Below the pieces are notes generated by a model. The model saw only the letters and a list, made by a program, of their open reading frames with translations, had not been told where the DNA came from and did no database searches. A program made the translations under genes and the position numbers. A stretch of 64,000 bases of DNA from the human T2T-CHM13v2.0 reference genome, Homo sapiens: the NCBI RefSeq assembly GCF_009914755.1, contig NC_060929.1; one strand, written 5' to 3'. Below, one piece after another: positions 1 to 17,227 of this stretch (position 1 is the stretch's first letter; each line of letters opens with the position of its first letter).

Positions 1-125
1 CATGCCTGTAATTTCAGCACTTTGGGAGGGTAAAGTGGGAAGATTACTTGAAGCCAGGAATTCAAGACCAGTCTGGGCAACATAGTGAGACCTCTGTCTG
101 TACAAAATATAAAGTAAAATAAAAT
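1..125 (+). mobile_element. Alu left-arm monomer (FLAM/AluJ-like), cut by window edge
   Basis: gcctgtaatttcagcactttgggagg...gaccagtctgggcaacatagtgagacc followed by an A-rich tail. Confidence 0.85.
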
Positions 126-779
126 ATTTCAAAAAAGTGGATATAGGAGTAGTGACTGGTAGAACAGAGCTGAGAAAGCTGAAATCTAAGAACTTTCAAA
201 GAGAGGCATCAATGAGAAGCAAGCCAGTTCACACTACAGAAAACTAGGATATCTCAGGAATTAAGAGTGTTAGGTATTTTGGAAAATGTAGGTTAATTAT
301 GGAAATAAAAACAGAGGACTGGTTGAAAGTTATGGAAAGAGAATTTATAATGCCATGTTTTCCCCTCCCCCACCCAGCAGGGAACTACTCCTTCCACCCC
401 CACCAACACTCCCACCCCCGTAGTCTGGAAATTACACACTTATTCTCTGAGAAAAGTGGACATAAGAGGCTCTCTATTCTGGGACATCAGCACATCTTAG
501 ATCTTAGGGAAGGGTGGAAGGGAGATGTTCCACTGAAAATAGGAAGATGGAGTAAAAGTTTGAGTAGTAAACTAAGAGTCCCTCAGTCTCTTTCTCTACT
601 GGAAAACAAATGGCAGCCAGTAAAGTAGCACACAGGTGGAAGACTGGAGTCTTTTTCTTTGAAAGAAATGTGAAGATTCCAAAGAAAAGGTCTACAAACC
701 CTGACATTTTAGGACCTGCAATTAAAGAACAGCTTACCACTTGATCTCTCTAGAGCAGGGACTGCCATTAAACAACTAT

Positions 780-1672
780 CAATGAGCTCCATAATATGTC
801 ACTATTAAATTTGATCAGACAATTAAGGTCAGCAGATTCCTCCAAGATAAAAGACAAAACAAAACACACAAGAAAAGAAAAAAAGGATCTAGAGGAAATA
901 GAGATATTACAGAGAGCAGAATATTAAAAGAATTCTAATATCCTCCAAAAAATGGGAGAAAACATGAAACAAGAATAGGGTGTTATGAAAAAACAATTTG
1001 AGTATTGAAAAAGTGCCCTTGATAGCTGAAATAAAAATTCAACAGAAAGATTGGAAGATAAAATATCTCCCAGAGAGTTGATGAAAAAGACAAAAAATAG
1101 GCAATAGGAGAGAAAATATCAAAAAAGTTAGAGTCAATCTAGAAAGTTCTATATCTGACTAATAGGAGTCAAGAAAGAGAGACCAGAAAAAAATAAAGGA
1201 AATTATTAAATATATAATAAAAGATATTTCTCAGTATTTAATGAAATCATTCTCCAGATTGAACATGAGAACTGTATGCCCAACCTAATGAATGAACAAG
1301 GTTCACCAAGTCACATTATTTTAAATTATGATGGAAATTACACTGAAAATAAAGAGTAGATCCTAAAAATTTCCAGAGAAAGCAAAATAGTGCGGGAAAA
1401 AAGTGAAAATTTAAAGAGTAGGAAACAGAATACTATCGGATTTATCAACAGCAACATCAGAACTTAAAAGACAATAGAGCTACCAAAATTATAAGTCAAA
1501 GAGATATAGAATTCTATGCCCAAACAAACTGTCAAGTATGAGGGTAAAATGACATTTTAAGACATCCTAGGTCTCAAAAACTTTACATTTCAGCAACTAC
1601 TAAAAATGTGCTACACCAAAATGAGGGTATAAAACAAGAAAGAGGAACACGTGGGATTCAGAAAATGGGATC
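780..1672 (+). mobile_element. Ancient HAL1/L1M ORF1-like remnant; appears to resume at ~2370-3260
   Basis: A-rich decayed L1 ORF1-like motifs (gaaataaaaattcaacagaaagattggaagataaa; ctgactaataggagtc; agaattctatgccca); no intact frame. Confidence 0.6.
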
Positions 1673-1674
1673 TG

Positions 1675-2370
<696 letters not shown>

Positions 2371-2633
2371 AGGCTAGAAGAGCTCTGGGCTCTGAAAAGG
2401 TAACCTCTAGGTTAAAAAATCTGATTAGATAATCTGATAGATTCTACCATGTAGAAAATTGTTTTAAGAGGAATTTTATAATTTTGTGAGAGGATCTAGA
2501 AAGACTAAGGGACACATATGTACAAGAGTAAAAGTAAGAAAAAAAGAAATGCAAATAATAACTGCAGATAGGCAAAAAATTATAAAATGGAGGAAATTAT
2601 ACTACTTAACTTGCCTGGGAACATAAAATGTAA

Positions 2634-2946
<313 letters not shown>

Positions 2947-3465
2947 AAATATCAATTGAATTAAAAAGTTGTGACACTATATTGAGACAAGGCAAGTGGG
3001 GATGTTAGAGAAAGAGAGCTAAATCCCCATTCTGCCATTTGTTAGAAAGTCAAGAGATAACATCTAAAATTGATGTGTCTGTAATGGCAGTGTAAATATG
3101 GCAAATATCAGAAGAAATAGCTGAAGTTCAAAGTTCTGCCTCTGAGGCATGAGACTAAAGTGTGAAGTAGAGGAATGCAGTCCTCCTTCATGAGCCTTTA
3201 AATACAATTTGGTTTATATTTGTTTAGATAAAATATTAAAAAATTAATTTACAAAAAGAATGTTAACTCATAGGCTAGAAGTAGAAACCTCATTAATAGG
3301 CATTGGTTCCCAGCAGGAATCTGCAGAAATACAGAGGGAAGAATGGTGGGGGGAGGCGCCATAGCCTGAAATTGCCCTAGTCCCAGGCACCAGCCCCAGT
3401 GTAGTGCATGGGGCTGCAAGGTCTCCTCTGCTCAGAGGCTGTGATTCTGTATGTTATAAACTGAG

Positions 3466-3831
3466 TGATATGGTTTGGCTCTGTGTCCCCACCCAAATCC
3501 CATCTTGTAGCTCCCATAATTCCCACGTGTTGTGGGAAGGACCTAGTGGGAGATAATTTAATCACAGGGGCGAGTCTTTCCCATGCTGTTCTCATGTTAG
3601 TGAATAAGTCTGATGAGATCTGATGGTTTTAAAAACAGGAGTTTCCCTGCACAAGCTCTCTCTTTGCCTGCTGCCATCCATGTAAGAAATGACTTGCTCC
3701 TCCTTGCTTTCCACCATGATTGTGAGGCCTCCCCAGCCACGTGGAAATGTGAGTCCATTAAACATTTTTCCCATATAAATTAACCAGTTTCGGGTATGTC
3801 TTTATTAGCAGCATGAAAACAGACTAACACA
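3466..3831 (+). mobile_element. THE1 (THE1C-like) MaLR solo LTR
   Basis: Starts tgatatggtttggctctgtgtccccacccaaat, ends agactaacaca; TG..CA termini; perfect 5-bp TSD ctgag at 3461-3465 and 3832-3836. Confidence 0.93.
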
Positions 3832-4289
3832 CTGAGAGTCCCTGATCAGCAAGTTCTTCCTCCATTAACTCTACCCCCTGGCTTATCAAAGATGGAATTT
3901 TCTGGCCTGTTGAGGGGATATTCTTGAGTCTGGAATTTACTTATTGGAAAAGAAGAGAAACAGAATTGTTATCAGCCATCTGGCTAGGGGGAAATTCAAA
4001 TACAATAATAAAAGAAAGAGAGAGAAAACATCCAATTCAGTGGGCTGCTTTTGTCAGGAAATCTTATTAAACTGCTGCTCTGTGCTCAGTGTCCATGATA
4101 AAGAGCATCAAGGCAGCTTTGGACAGAGATTTAAAAGCAGGGGCAGACGAGGAAAGTCCAGCAGGTCAGGGTAAGGAAGAAACACTGTATTTGCTCCCCA
4201 TACTGATGATCAGATTATAATGGGGAAGCTTGCTTCAGATAAGGCATGGTGACTCATAATTTTATCATTTTGAGAATGCAATATAAATA

Positions 4290-5401
<1,112 letters not shown>

Positions 5402-5534
5402 CTATGTACATTTAAAGCATAATAGTAAAACAAACACCTGTTAACACACCATCCAATTTAAAAACTAAAGCATTACCAAACCTAATTCCACCCCTCTGCC
5501 TTTCCCACTAAGAAGATAACCACGCTACTGACAG

Positions 5535-5711
5535 TGTAAACCAGTTCTCTGGGAAAAAACACTGATTTGCAGTTCTTGTCAACTTCCATGGTGTAAATAA
5601 TCCCATGTGACTGATGTCAAGCTACCAACCTAAAGTAACTGAGTGCGGAGCTGGAAGAGATGTGTGTAGTCGGTTGTGGCAAGCCTGTACAAATCTGTTC
5701 CAGCACCACTG
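5535..5711 (-). mobile_element. MER63-like hAT DNA transposon fragment
   Basis: Reverse strand reads cagtggtgctgga...cacatctcttccagctccgcactcag...ggtagcttgac...tatttacaccatggaa, matching recalled MER63. Confidence 0.6.
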
Positions 5712-5754
5712 TTGCTAAACTTGGTATTTATCATTCCAAGAAAAAAATGCGCAT

Positions 5755-5755
<1 letters not shown>

Positions 5756-5801
<46 letters not shown>
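5756..5801. repeat. (CA)n microsatellite
   Basis: About 23 perfect CA units. Confidence 0.97.
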
Positions 5802-5802
<1 letters not shown>

Positions 5803-5803
<1 letters not shown>

Positions 5804-6272
5804 GATAGGCTGAACAATGAACCTGAGATGCCTACATTCTAATCCCTGGAACCTGGAAATGTTACAGTGAATGGCAAAGACTTGGCAGATATGATTCAGT
5901 TAAGGCTCTTGAGCTGGGGAGATGATCCTGGATTATCCAGTTGGGCCCTAAATACAATCACAAGTGTCCTAATGAATTGAGGCAGAGGGAGGATCGACTA
6001 CAGAAGAGAAGGCCATGTGACCACAAAGCAGACACTGGAGGGATATGGCCAAGGAATGCTGGCAGCCACAAGAAACTGGAAGAGGCAAGGAACACATTCT
6101 TCCCCAGGGCCTCTGGAGGAAGCACAGTGCTGCCAAGGCCTTGATTTTTAGCCCAGTGAAATGGATTTCAGACTTCTGGCCTACAGAACTGTGAGAGCAT
6201 AATATAATAATCTGTTGCTTTAAACCACCAAGTTTGTGGTAATTTGTTACAGCAGTGACAGGAAACTAATAC
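5803..6272 (+). mobile_element. MLT1 (MLT1D-like) MaLR LTR
   Basis: ctaatccctggaacctg...atcctggattatccag...ccacaagaaactggaagaggcaagg...gtggtaatttgttacagcag...ggaaactaataca. Confidence 0.85.
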
Positions 6273-6297
6273 ACACACACACACACACACACACACA
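6271..6297. repeat. (CA)n microsatellite
   Basis: About 13 CA units directly after the LTR. Confidence 0.95.
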
Positions 6298-6494
6298 GTG
6301 TTTTCTACAAATTACCAAAATATCTATAATATTCACGTAGCTAGATTTTATCTTTATACAATTGCTATGTTCTTATCCAGAGAGATTCCAGGACTTGAGT
6401 TTTTTTCACTCAGCATTGTTTCTAAGATTTATTCATTTTACTTCATGTAGCTGTAATTCCTTTATTTTCACTATTGGTTAATATATTCCATCAT

Positions 6495-6846
<352 letters not shown>

Positions 6847-7049
6847 TTATCCATTCTCGGTAGGATTTAGGTAGTCTCCTTTATCAGATTAAAGAAGACT
6901 GGTTTTTCCCCTGAACTGAGATGATACCCAGGATATTACATTTGCTTTATTCTTTCAATCAAAGATTGGGTGAGGTAACAATTGTGGAAGGTAACAAGTT
7001 GCATTGAATGTTATAAGATTCCAGGATTCCAAATACTCCACCGAGAGTA

Positions 7050-7800
7050 CATGTGAGTCATCTTACAGATAAGGAGAGTGGGGTAAGGTACATTAGGGTG
7101 TGATGTGGGCAGGGTCTCTCCTCATCAGCCTGGAAATGTGCTCACCCACAGGAGAGAGACCGCCTGCTCCCTGCCACACCCACACCCAGCACACAAACAG
7201 TACCCAGAAGGCACGCAATCAGTGAGGAAAGAGTTGGGGCCACTCTGGTTGAGGAAGAGCTGGATGAGGGTGGAAGGCTGGCCTGAGACACAGTGACTCA
7301 CCAATGTGAGGATGGCCCATTAGATGCAACTCAAGAACAAGATGGTTTCAAAAAAGATGTCTGGCTTCTAGCTGGACAAAAGACCCTTGTTTCCCTGAAT
7401 ATCCAGAAAGATAAAAGGCATAAATGAATCGGAATTAACCACGGATGACTCAGCCTCAGGTCACATGGGTGAGTGTTCATGAGACATTTTTCTCCTTCTG
7501 CTTTGGAAGGTTTGCCTGGGGCAGTCTTGCTCGACTGGTAGGTGAATCAGCTTGCAAGCCTGAGTGTCATCACAGCTCTCACTGTTCAGCCTCCTATTTA
7601 TTTACCCCTTACCACATAGGTGAGCTCCTTCCTCAGTTTCACTAAAATTATCCCTTCCTGTGAGAATCGCAGAATTTATGGATGGTTTCAGGGGGACATG
7701 GAAGGTATATCTCATTTTGCTCCATAGCCCAAGCAAATGAAAACCCAATTTTTCAAATTAACCCTCTCTCAAGTTTTACCTCGGAATTGCTGAGTCAAAG
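7050..7800. promoter_or_regulatory. Candidate enhancer with AP-1/NF-E2, GATA and KLF motifs
   Basis: TGASTCA at 7054, 7294, 7446 and 7791; AGATAA at 7067 and 7409; CCACACCC at 7174 and 7180; sequence not recognisably repeat-derived. Confidence 0.4.
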
Positions 7801-8276
7801 AGCAGGAACATCTCTGATTTTGGTATACTCCCTTGGAGCACCATCATAGTCAGCCCATGAAATCAAAAGTGCTTTATATGGCAGAGCACCTCCTTACTCC
7901 ACCAGAGGCAGGGCCACCGACAAGAGTGGCCTTAAGTAAGGGAAGACACAGCCGGGCAGGTACGCCTGGCAGGCTTCAAGTGGGCCACAGCGGATACCTT
8001 AGACATGTCCTGGGCAAAGGCTTCCTTATGCCCATCCCATGGCACCGTCTCTGGGGCTGGGAAGCTGGCAGACCTGACCCCTCCCCATCAGCCTTCCCAC
8101 ACATTTATAGGCACCTCTCAACTGTTCAACATATGGTCCTCTAGCCTGGGGATGACTTACATTTTTTTTCCTTCATTTTTTTCTACTGTTTGCCCTTTGG
8201 CCACCTAATTTGTCATATGATTGACTCCAGAGACTGGGTGAAAATCCGATGGATGATATGTGATCAAGAAAGATAA

Positions 8277-8726
<450 letters not shown>

Positions 8727-8750
8727 TAGAGCACATCAAGACTATATTAA

Positions 8751-9176
<426 letters not shown>

Positions 9177-9947
9177 TAGGGCATTTAGCAGGTCAATCTC
9201 CTAGCTCTTATTGTCATGAATAGGCAGATGATAACTCTGAAGGTCTTTGCCAATAGCTGTTAGCAGTCTTTATTTCCATAATCATAGACTGAGACAATAA
9301 ACTCACTTGCAAGGCAATGTCTAATACCTTTAGTAACAACACTAAGATTGGGTACATCGCCAAGAGCTCCCAACATTTCTAGATCTATTCAAAATCAATG
9401 GCTTTCTTTGCAAAGCACAAAGGCAAACACCAAACCATCCAAAATCAATACAGAAGAGTGATAGATAGGGAAATAGGACTGGGTAGCACAAAGGATAAAG
9501 AAATAACAAAGCCAAAGGTTATGGAGTGATTGCTTTCTAATTTGTCTTTATAAAAAGAAAAAAGAATCAAATGAGAAATTGGCAAGTTACTGAGTGAAAA
9601 TGTCAGAAACGTTTTATATTCTAGGGTTTTGCCACATACTGTCTTGCACAATGTTAAAGGAAGTGAAGTTGAAATTGAGAATATTTTCACAAGTCTGAGC
9701 CAGCCAGGAAGCCAGGGGAAAATACTCTTAAATTTGGGAAAATTACAGGCCTGCTATTTGACATTAGTTGGAGAAAAACATCAAACCTCAGAACTTATTC
9801 TGAGAACCTGAACAAGAGACGTACTTTAAGAAGCCCTGTGCCTTGTCCAGGGGAGCGTAGATCCCCCTAGGACTTAGAAACACTATTGGTAAAGGCCTTT
9901 AAGGAAGCCTCCAATGAGGGGAAATGGATAAAGGGGGCTCAGATTTC

Positions 9948-10479
<532 letters not shown>

Positions 10480-11440
10480 TAATAAAACATATTATCAAAA
10501 TATAATAAGAAAAACTGTGTGGTATTTATATATTAATACAAATAGTCATCAAGCACAATGAAACAGCCTAAACATTTTTCACTCTGTTGCCCAGGATGGC
10601 TTGATGTGATCCTCCTGCCTCAGAAATGCCATTTCTGAATATAAAACAGAAAATTCAGTATAGAGTCAGCTGGCTTTCAAATCAGTAGGGAAAAATTATC
10701 ATTTTAAAAATTATATTGAGACAACTGGGTAACCATCCAAACAAAATAAATTCTAGATAGTTGAAACTGTAAAAGAACCATACAATTACTAGAAGAAACA
10801 AAGGACACTTTTATTTTTTGTAATCTAGTAGTATAGAGATATAAGACTCAGAAACTATAAAAGACAAGACTGACAAACTTGTCTTTTATGAACATGAAAA
10901 GAAAAAATTTCTGCATGGCAACCCCTCTGCATAAGCAGAATCAGAAGAAAAGGCACTGGGAAAAAATGTGCAGTTCAAAATAGAAATAAAGGAGAAAATC
11001 CTTTAATGTATAAAGAGCTCCTACAAATCATTAAGAAAAAGACCAATAACCCATGATCACCCTTATACAAAATATAAGAAATACAAATTAAAACTATCAT
11101 AATAATATAATAAAATATAATTAAGTACTATCTTCTCTTGTTAAACTGGCACAGATGAAAAATCAGATAGGGGCTCCAGAGACAGGTACTGTGTTATTGT
11201 TAGTAGAAGTGTGAATATATCCAACTTTCTGGAAGGCAGTTTGGAAAACACCTATCCAAATTATAATTGCACCATCACTTAGGTCCAGAAATTTCACTGT
11301 TAGGAATGTAATGTACAGATACTCTTGCACACATGTGAAATAAACTATGTATAAGGGTGTTCTTTATCCCACTATTTATTAATAGGAGAGATTGAACACC
11401 TAACTGTGTGAATGGAGTGGTGGTTAAATAAATTTTATTA
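10480..11440 (+). mobile_element. Old L1ME ORF2/3' fragment
   Basis: tataaagagctcctacaaatca...ctttctggaaggcagtttgg...aatttcactgttaggaat. Confidence 0.7.
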
Positions 11441-11530
11441 CAGGCTTGGTGGCCCACACCTGTAAGCCCAGCACTTTGGGAGGCCAAGGCAGAAGGATGG
11501 CCTCAGGCCAGCCTGGGCAACAGAGCGAAG
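11441..11530 (+). mobile_element. Degenerate, internally deleted Alu monomer
   Basis: cacacctgtaagcccagcactttgggaggccaaggc...ccagcctgggcaacagagcga. Confidence 0.75.
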
Positions 11531-11539
11531 AATGTTCAG

Positions 11540-11720
11540 AATTCTAGGCCTGGGTTTGATTCCAGCTCTGCCACTTAGTAGCTTGATATCCTGAATGATT
11601 ATTTAATTTCTCTGAGCCTCTTATTTCTCATCTGTAAAATGGGAATAATAATATGACCTACTACATATGAGTATTGGGAGGATTAAGTGACATAATCCAT
11701 GTGAAGATCTTAGTCTTGCT
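11540..11720 (+). mobile_element. MIR SINE
   Basis: MIR core: cctgggtttgattccagctctgccactt...tctctgagcctc...ctcatctgtaaaatgggaataata. Confidence 0.85.
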
Positions 11721-11845
11721 CAGAAAATATTGGTTTTCTTTCTTTTCCACCTCTTTATTAAGGAATCACTGGTGTTGTTCGCTACTGAAAGTAAATATAA
11801 TTAAATTATAAATTATAAAGTAAATATAATCAAATCATGACTGGG

Positions 11846-12150
11846 AGCCAAGTGTGGTGGCTCACACCTGTAATCCCAGCACTTTGGGAGGCCAAGGCAA
11901 GTGGATCACTTGAGGCCAGGAGTTTGAGACCAACCTGGCCAACATGGTGAAACCTGTCTCTACCAAAAAAATACAAAAATTAGCCAGCGTGGTGTTACGT
12001 GCCTGTAGTCCCAGCTAACCGGGAGGCTAAGACAAGAGAATCATTTGAACACAGGAGGCAGAGGTTGCAGTGAGCCGAGAGTACCACTGCACTCCAGCCT
12101 GGGCAACAGAGCAAGACTCTTGTCTAAAAAAAAAAAAAAATAAATAAATA
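11846..12150 (+). mobile_element. AluS element
   Basis: Alu dimer whose tail grades into an AT-rich minisatellite. Confidence 0.95.
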
Positions 12151-12470
12151 TATATATATATATAAAATATATATGTGATAAATATATACAAAATATATAT
12201 TATATGTGATAAATATATACAAAATATATATTATATGTGATAAATATATACAAAATATATATTATATGTGATAAATATATACAAAATATATATTATATGT
12301 GATAAATATATATAAAATATATATTATATGTGATAAATATATATAAAATATATATTATATATGATATTATTATACATTATATGTTATATATTATATATAT
12401 AACATATATATGTTATATATGTGATAGATGTGTTATATATAATATATATGTGATATATGTGTTATATATA
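12150..12470. repeat. AT-rich minisatellite, 31-bp unit, ~6.5 copies, then degenerate
   Basis: gtgat recurs at 12175, 12206, 12237, 12268, 12299 and 12330; unit aaaatatatattatatgtgataaatatata(c/t). Confidence 0.93.
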
Positions 12471-12729
12471 ATCAAATCAGTGTAATCCTTGCACGCGTTC
12501 AAGAAAACACAGAACAATAAAGTTAGGTGAATTAGAAACAGATCCCAGAATTTTAAAGTGTTTAATGAATCTCATAGCAGGTTCTACAAATTAGTGGGGC
12601 AGGTAAGTATTAATTAAGATATAACACTGGGATCTTTGGTTAACCATGTGAATATAAATCAATTTAGTATTCTCACCTCATACCATATACAGCATAAATT
12701 TCAGATTAAGTAAAGAATTAAGTGTTTAA

Positions 12730-14640
<1,911 letters not shown>

Positions 14641-15064
14641 GTTAGGAGTTAAATGTTTTAAAAATCTCAAATCTCCAGAAGAAAACTAGAAGAAAACGTG
14701 GGTGAAAATTTTCTGATTTCTGGCAGGGGAATTACTTTCTAAAGTTAACAGTTTCAACCAGATGAAACTTTAAAATTTCTAATGCCCCAAAACATCACTG
14801 ACAACAACAAATATAAGCAACAAATTGGGGAGAAACATCCATGAAAAATCAACCCTGCATTACTGAGACTCCTAAGCCAGGCACCCAGAAACCTACCCTG
14901 TTTCTGTGACCCAAGTTCAGCTTGTCTTCGAGAAATTATAGTAGGTGAAAAATTTAAGTTATTGATACAAATTGCAAAAGGCTTTACAGAAATGTTTTAT
15001 CAGTGTTTGACCTATCAGTAACATATGAAAGTGACTATGAAAATGGCTTTTTAAAGATATATTC

Positions 15065-15365
15065 TTTTTTTTTTTTTTTTTTTTGAGACAGGATCTCACC
15101 CTGTCGCCCAGGCTGGAGTGAGGTGGTGTGGTCACTGCTCACTGCAGCCTTGACTTCCCAGGTTCGAGGAATCCTCCCACTTTAGCCTCTTGAATAGGTG
15201 GGACCACAGATGCATGCCACTATGCCCAGCTACTTTTTTTATTTTTCATGGAGATGGGGTTTGCCATGTTGGCCAGGCTGGTCTTGAACTCCTGGGCTCA
15301 AGTGATCCTCCTGCCTTGTCCTCCCAGAGAGCTGGGATTACAGGCATGAGCTACTATGCCAGCCC
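15065..15365 (-). mobile_element. AluJ-like element
   Basis: Reverse dimer; TSD aagata(t/c)att. Confidence 0.93.
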
Positions 15366-15599
15366 AAGATACATTTTTTGAAAAACCAACCCTGGATCTT
15401 AATAAATGAGAAAAGGACAGGAAAAAAAAAACCCACAAATGGAATAAAAATTTTAAAACATGAGAAAAATATTGTAAATCATTAAAAATTAAAATTCAAA
15501 ATTACCTAGGAAAAACATACTTATTAAAATATCAAAAACAGATCATGTATAATACTCAGTCTCACTGGGAGTGGGACGAGGCCAACATTCTTATGCATT

Positions 15600-16125
15600 G
15601 TTCCCTTCTACTGGTTTCCATCTTCCCTGGTCTTATTCCCCTGGTTCCTCACTCCTGCTCTTGGGTATCACTCCCAAGTAAACGACCTGATATGACCTTT
15701 GTCTCAGATTCTGCCTGTAAGAGAACCAAGCCATGAGAGTTGGTAACAGTGGTTTTAAAACTCAGACTCTCAGGATGGGATTTTGGAGTACAGTGGTGAT
15801 AACCTGGGCAGGCAGTAACATCACAATCACCAAGACTGTCACCTGCACAGGTACAGGTAGAAGGTGACACACTGGGTTATGTGACAACTTTGACACTTGA
15901 ATGGAGTTGAGCCAATAAAATTACAAAGATTTGGGAACTGGTCAGATTTTGTTAACTCTTTGGAAGTCTTGACAAACAAATGATTCAGGTTAGCTAAGTG
16001 TCAACTGAGGTATGATGTGAAAGCCAGAGGCCTCTAGCCATTGTAGGGTAGAATGTGGTTAAAATCAGTCCCAGGAACCGATTATAAGGGTGACAGAACT
16101 GCAAAGGACAGTTAACTCATGGCTT
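15600..16125 (+). mobile_element. Ancient ERVL provirus, left part: LTR 3' end (to ~15737), leader and gag remnant (ERV3-16A3/ERVL-E-like)
   Basis: cactcccaagtaaacgacctg...ctttgtctcagattctgcc...gaaccaagccatgaga, then gttggtaacagtggt...ctcaggatgggattttggag; gag-like attataagggtgacagaactgcaaag. Confidence 0.65.
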
Positions 16126-16196
16126 CAACAAGTCTTTTTTTTTTTTTTTTTTAACAAATAGGACTTTTTATGTGCCACTATTATAAGTCTGAACTA

Positions 16197-16409
<213 letters not shown>

Positions 16410-16615
16410 TCAATGCTGTCTGGAATCAATTTATTGACCACTTCTTTCAAGTCATTTCTCTGCACTTATCAGGTCATGATTTCCAAATCTTCTTCCGGAT
16501 TTGGTAGACCTGTTAATGCTGAGCATAACAGGTCTTCTATATCTGATTGTTGTGGTATTGTTTTTTTTTTTAGTAAAATCAATGCAGAACAGACAAAGCA
16601 AGTAACCATTGGTAG

Positions 16616-16951
<336 letters not shown>

Positions 16952-17227
16952 TGACCATGAAGCACATTTTGTCATGGGTAAGATCCATGGCATGGAAGTT
17001 ATGCAGTTTTTGCCCAAATATCTTCAAAAATCAGCTTAAATTTTCTAAATGCAACTTCACTATTCTGCAAATCAGCAGGACTCACTTCAAACATGTGACC
17101 CTTGAGGCCATCAGATGCAGTTTTGGTTCCTTGGGTCCTGGTGACTAGGGTCTTTCCAATATTTCTTATATTGAACACAGCAGGGGCTTTCACATCATGC
17201 CAATCTTTCTTAGAAAATGGATCAACT

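Noticed and set aside
299-628. 109-aa ATG ORF
   Set aside because: It adjoins decayed HAL1/L1M-like sequence and shows no recognisable protein similarity.
12150-12470. CRISPR-like array
   Set aside because: The units are contiguous with no unique spacers, there are no cas genes, and the context is eukaryotic. It is a minisatellite.
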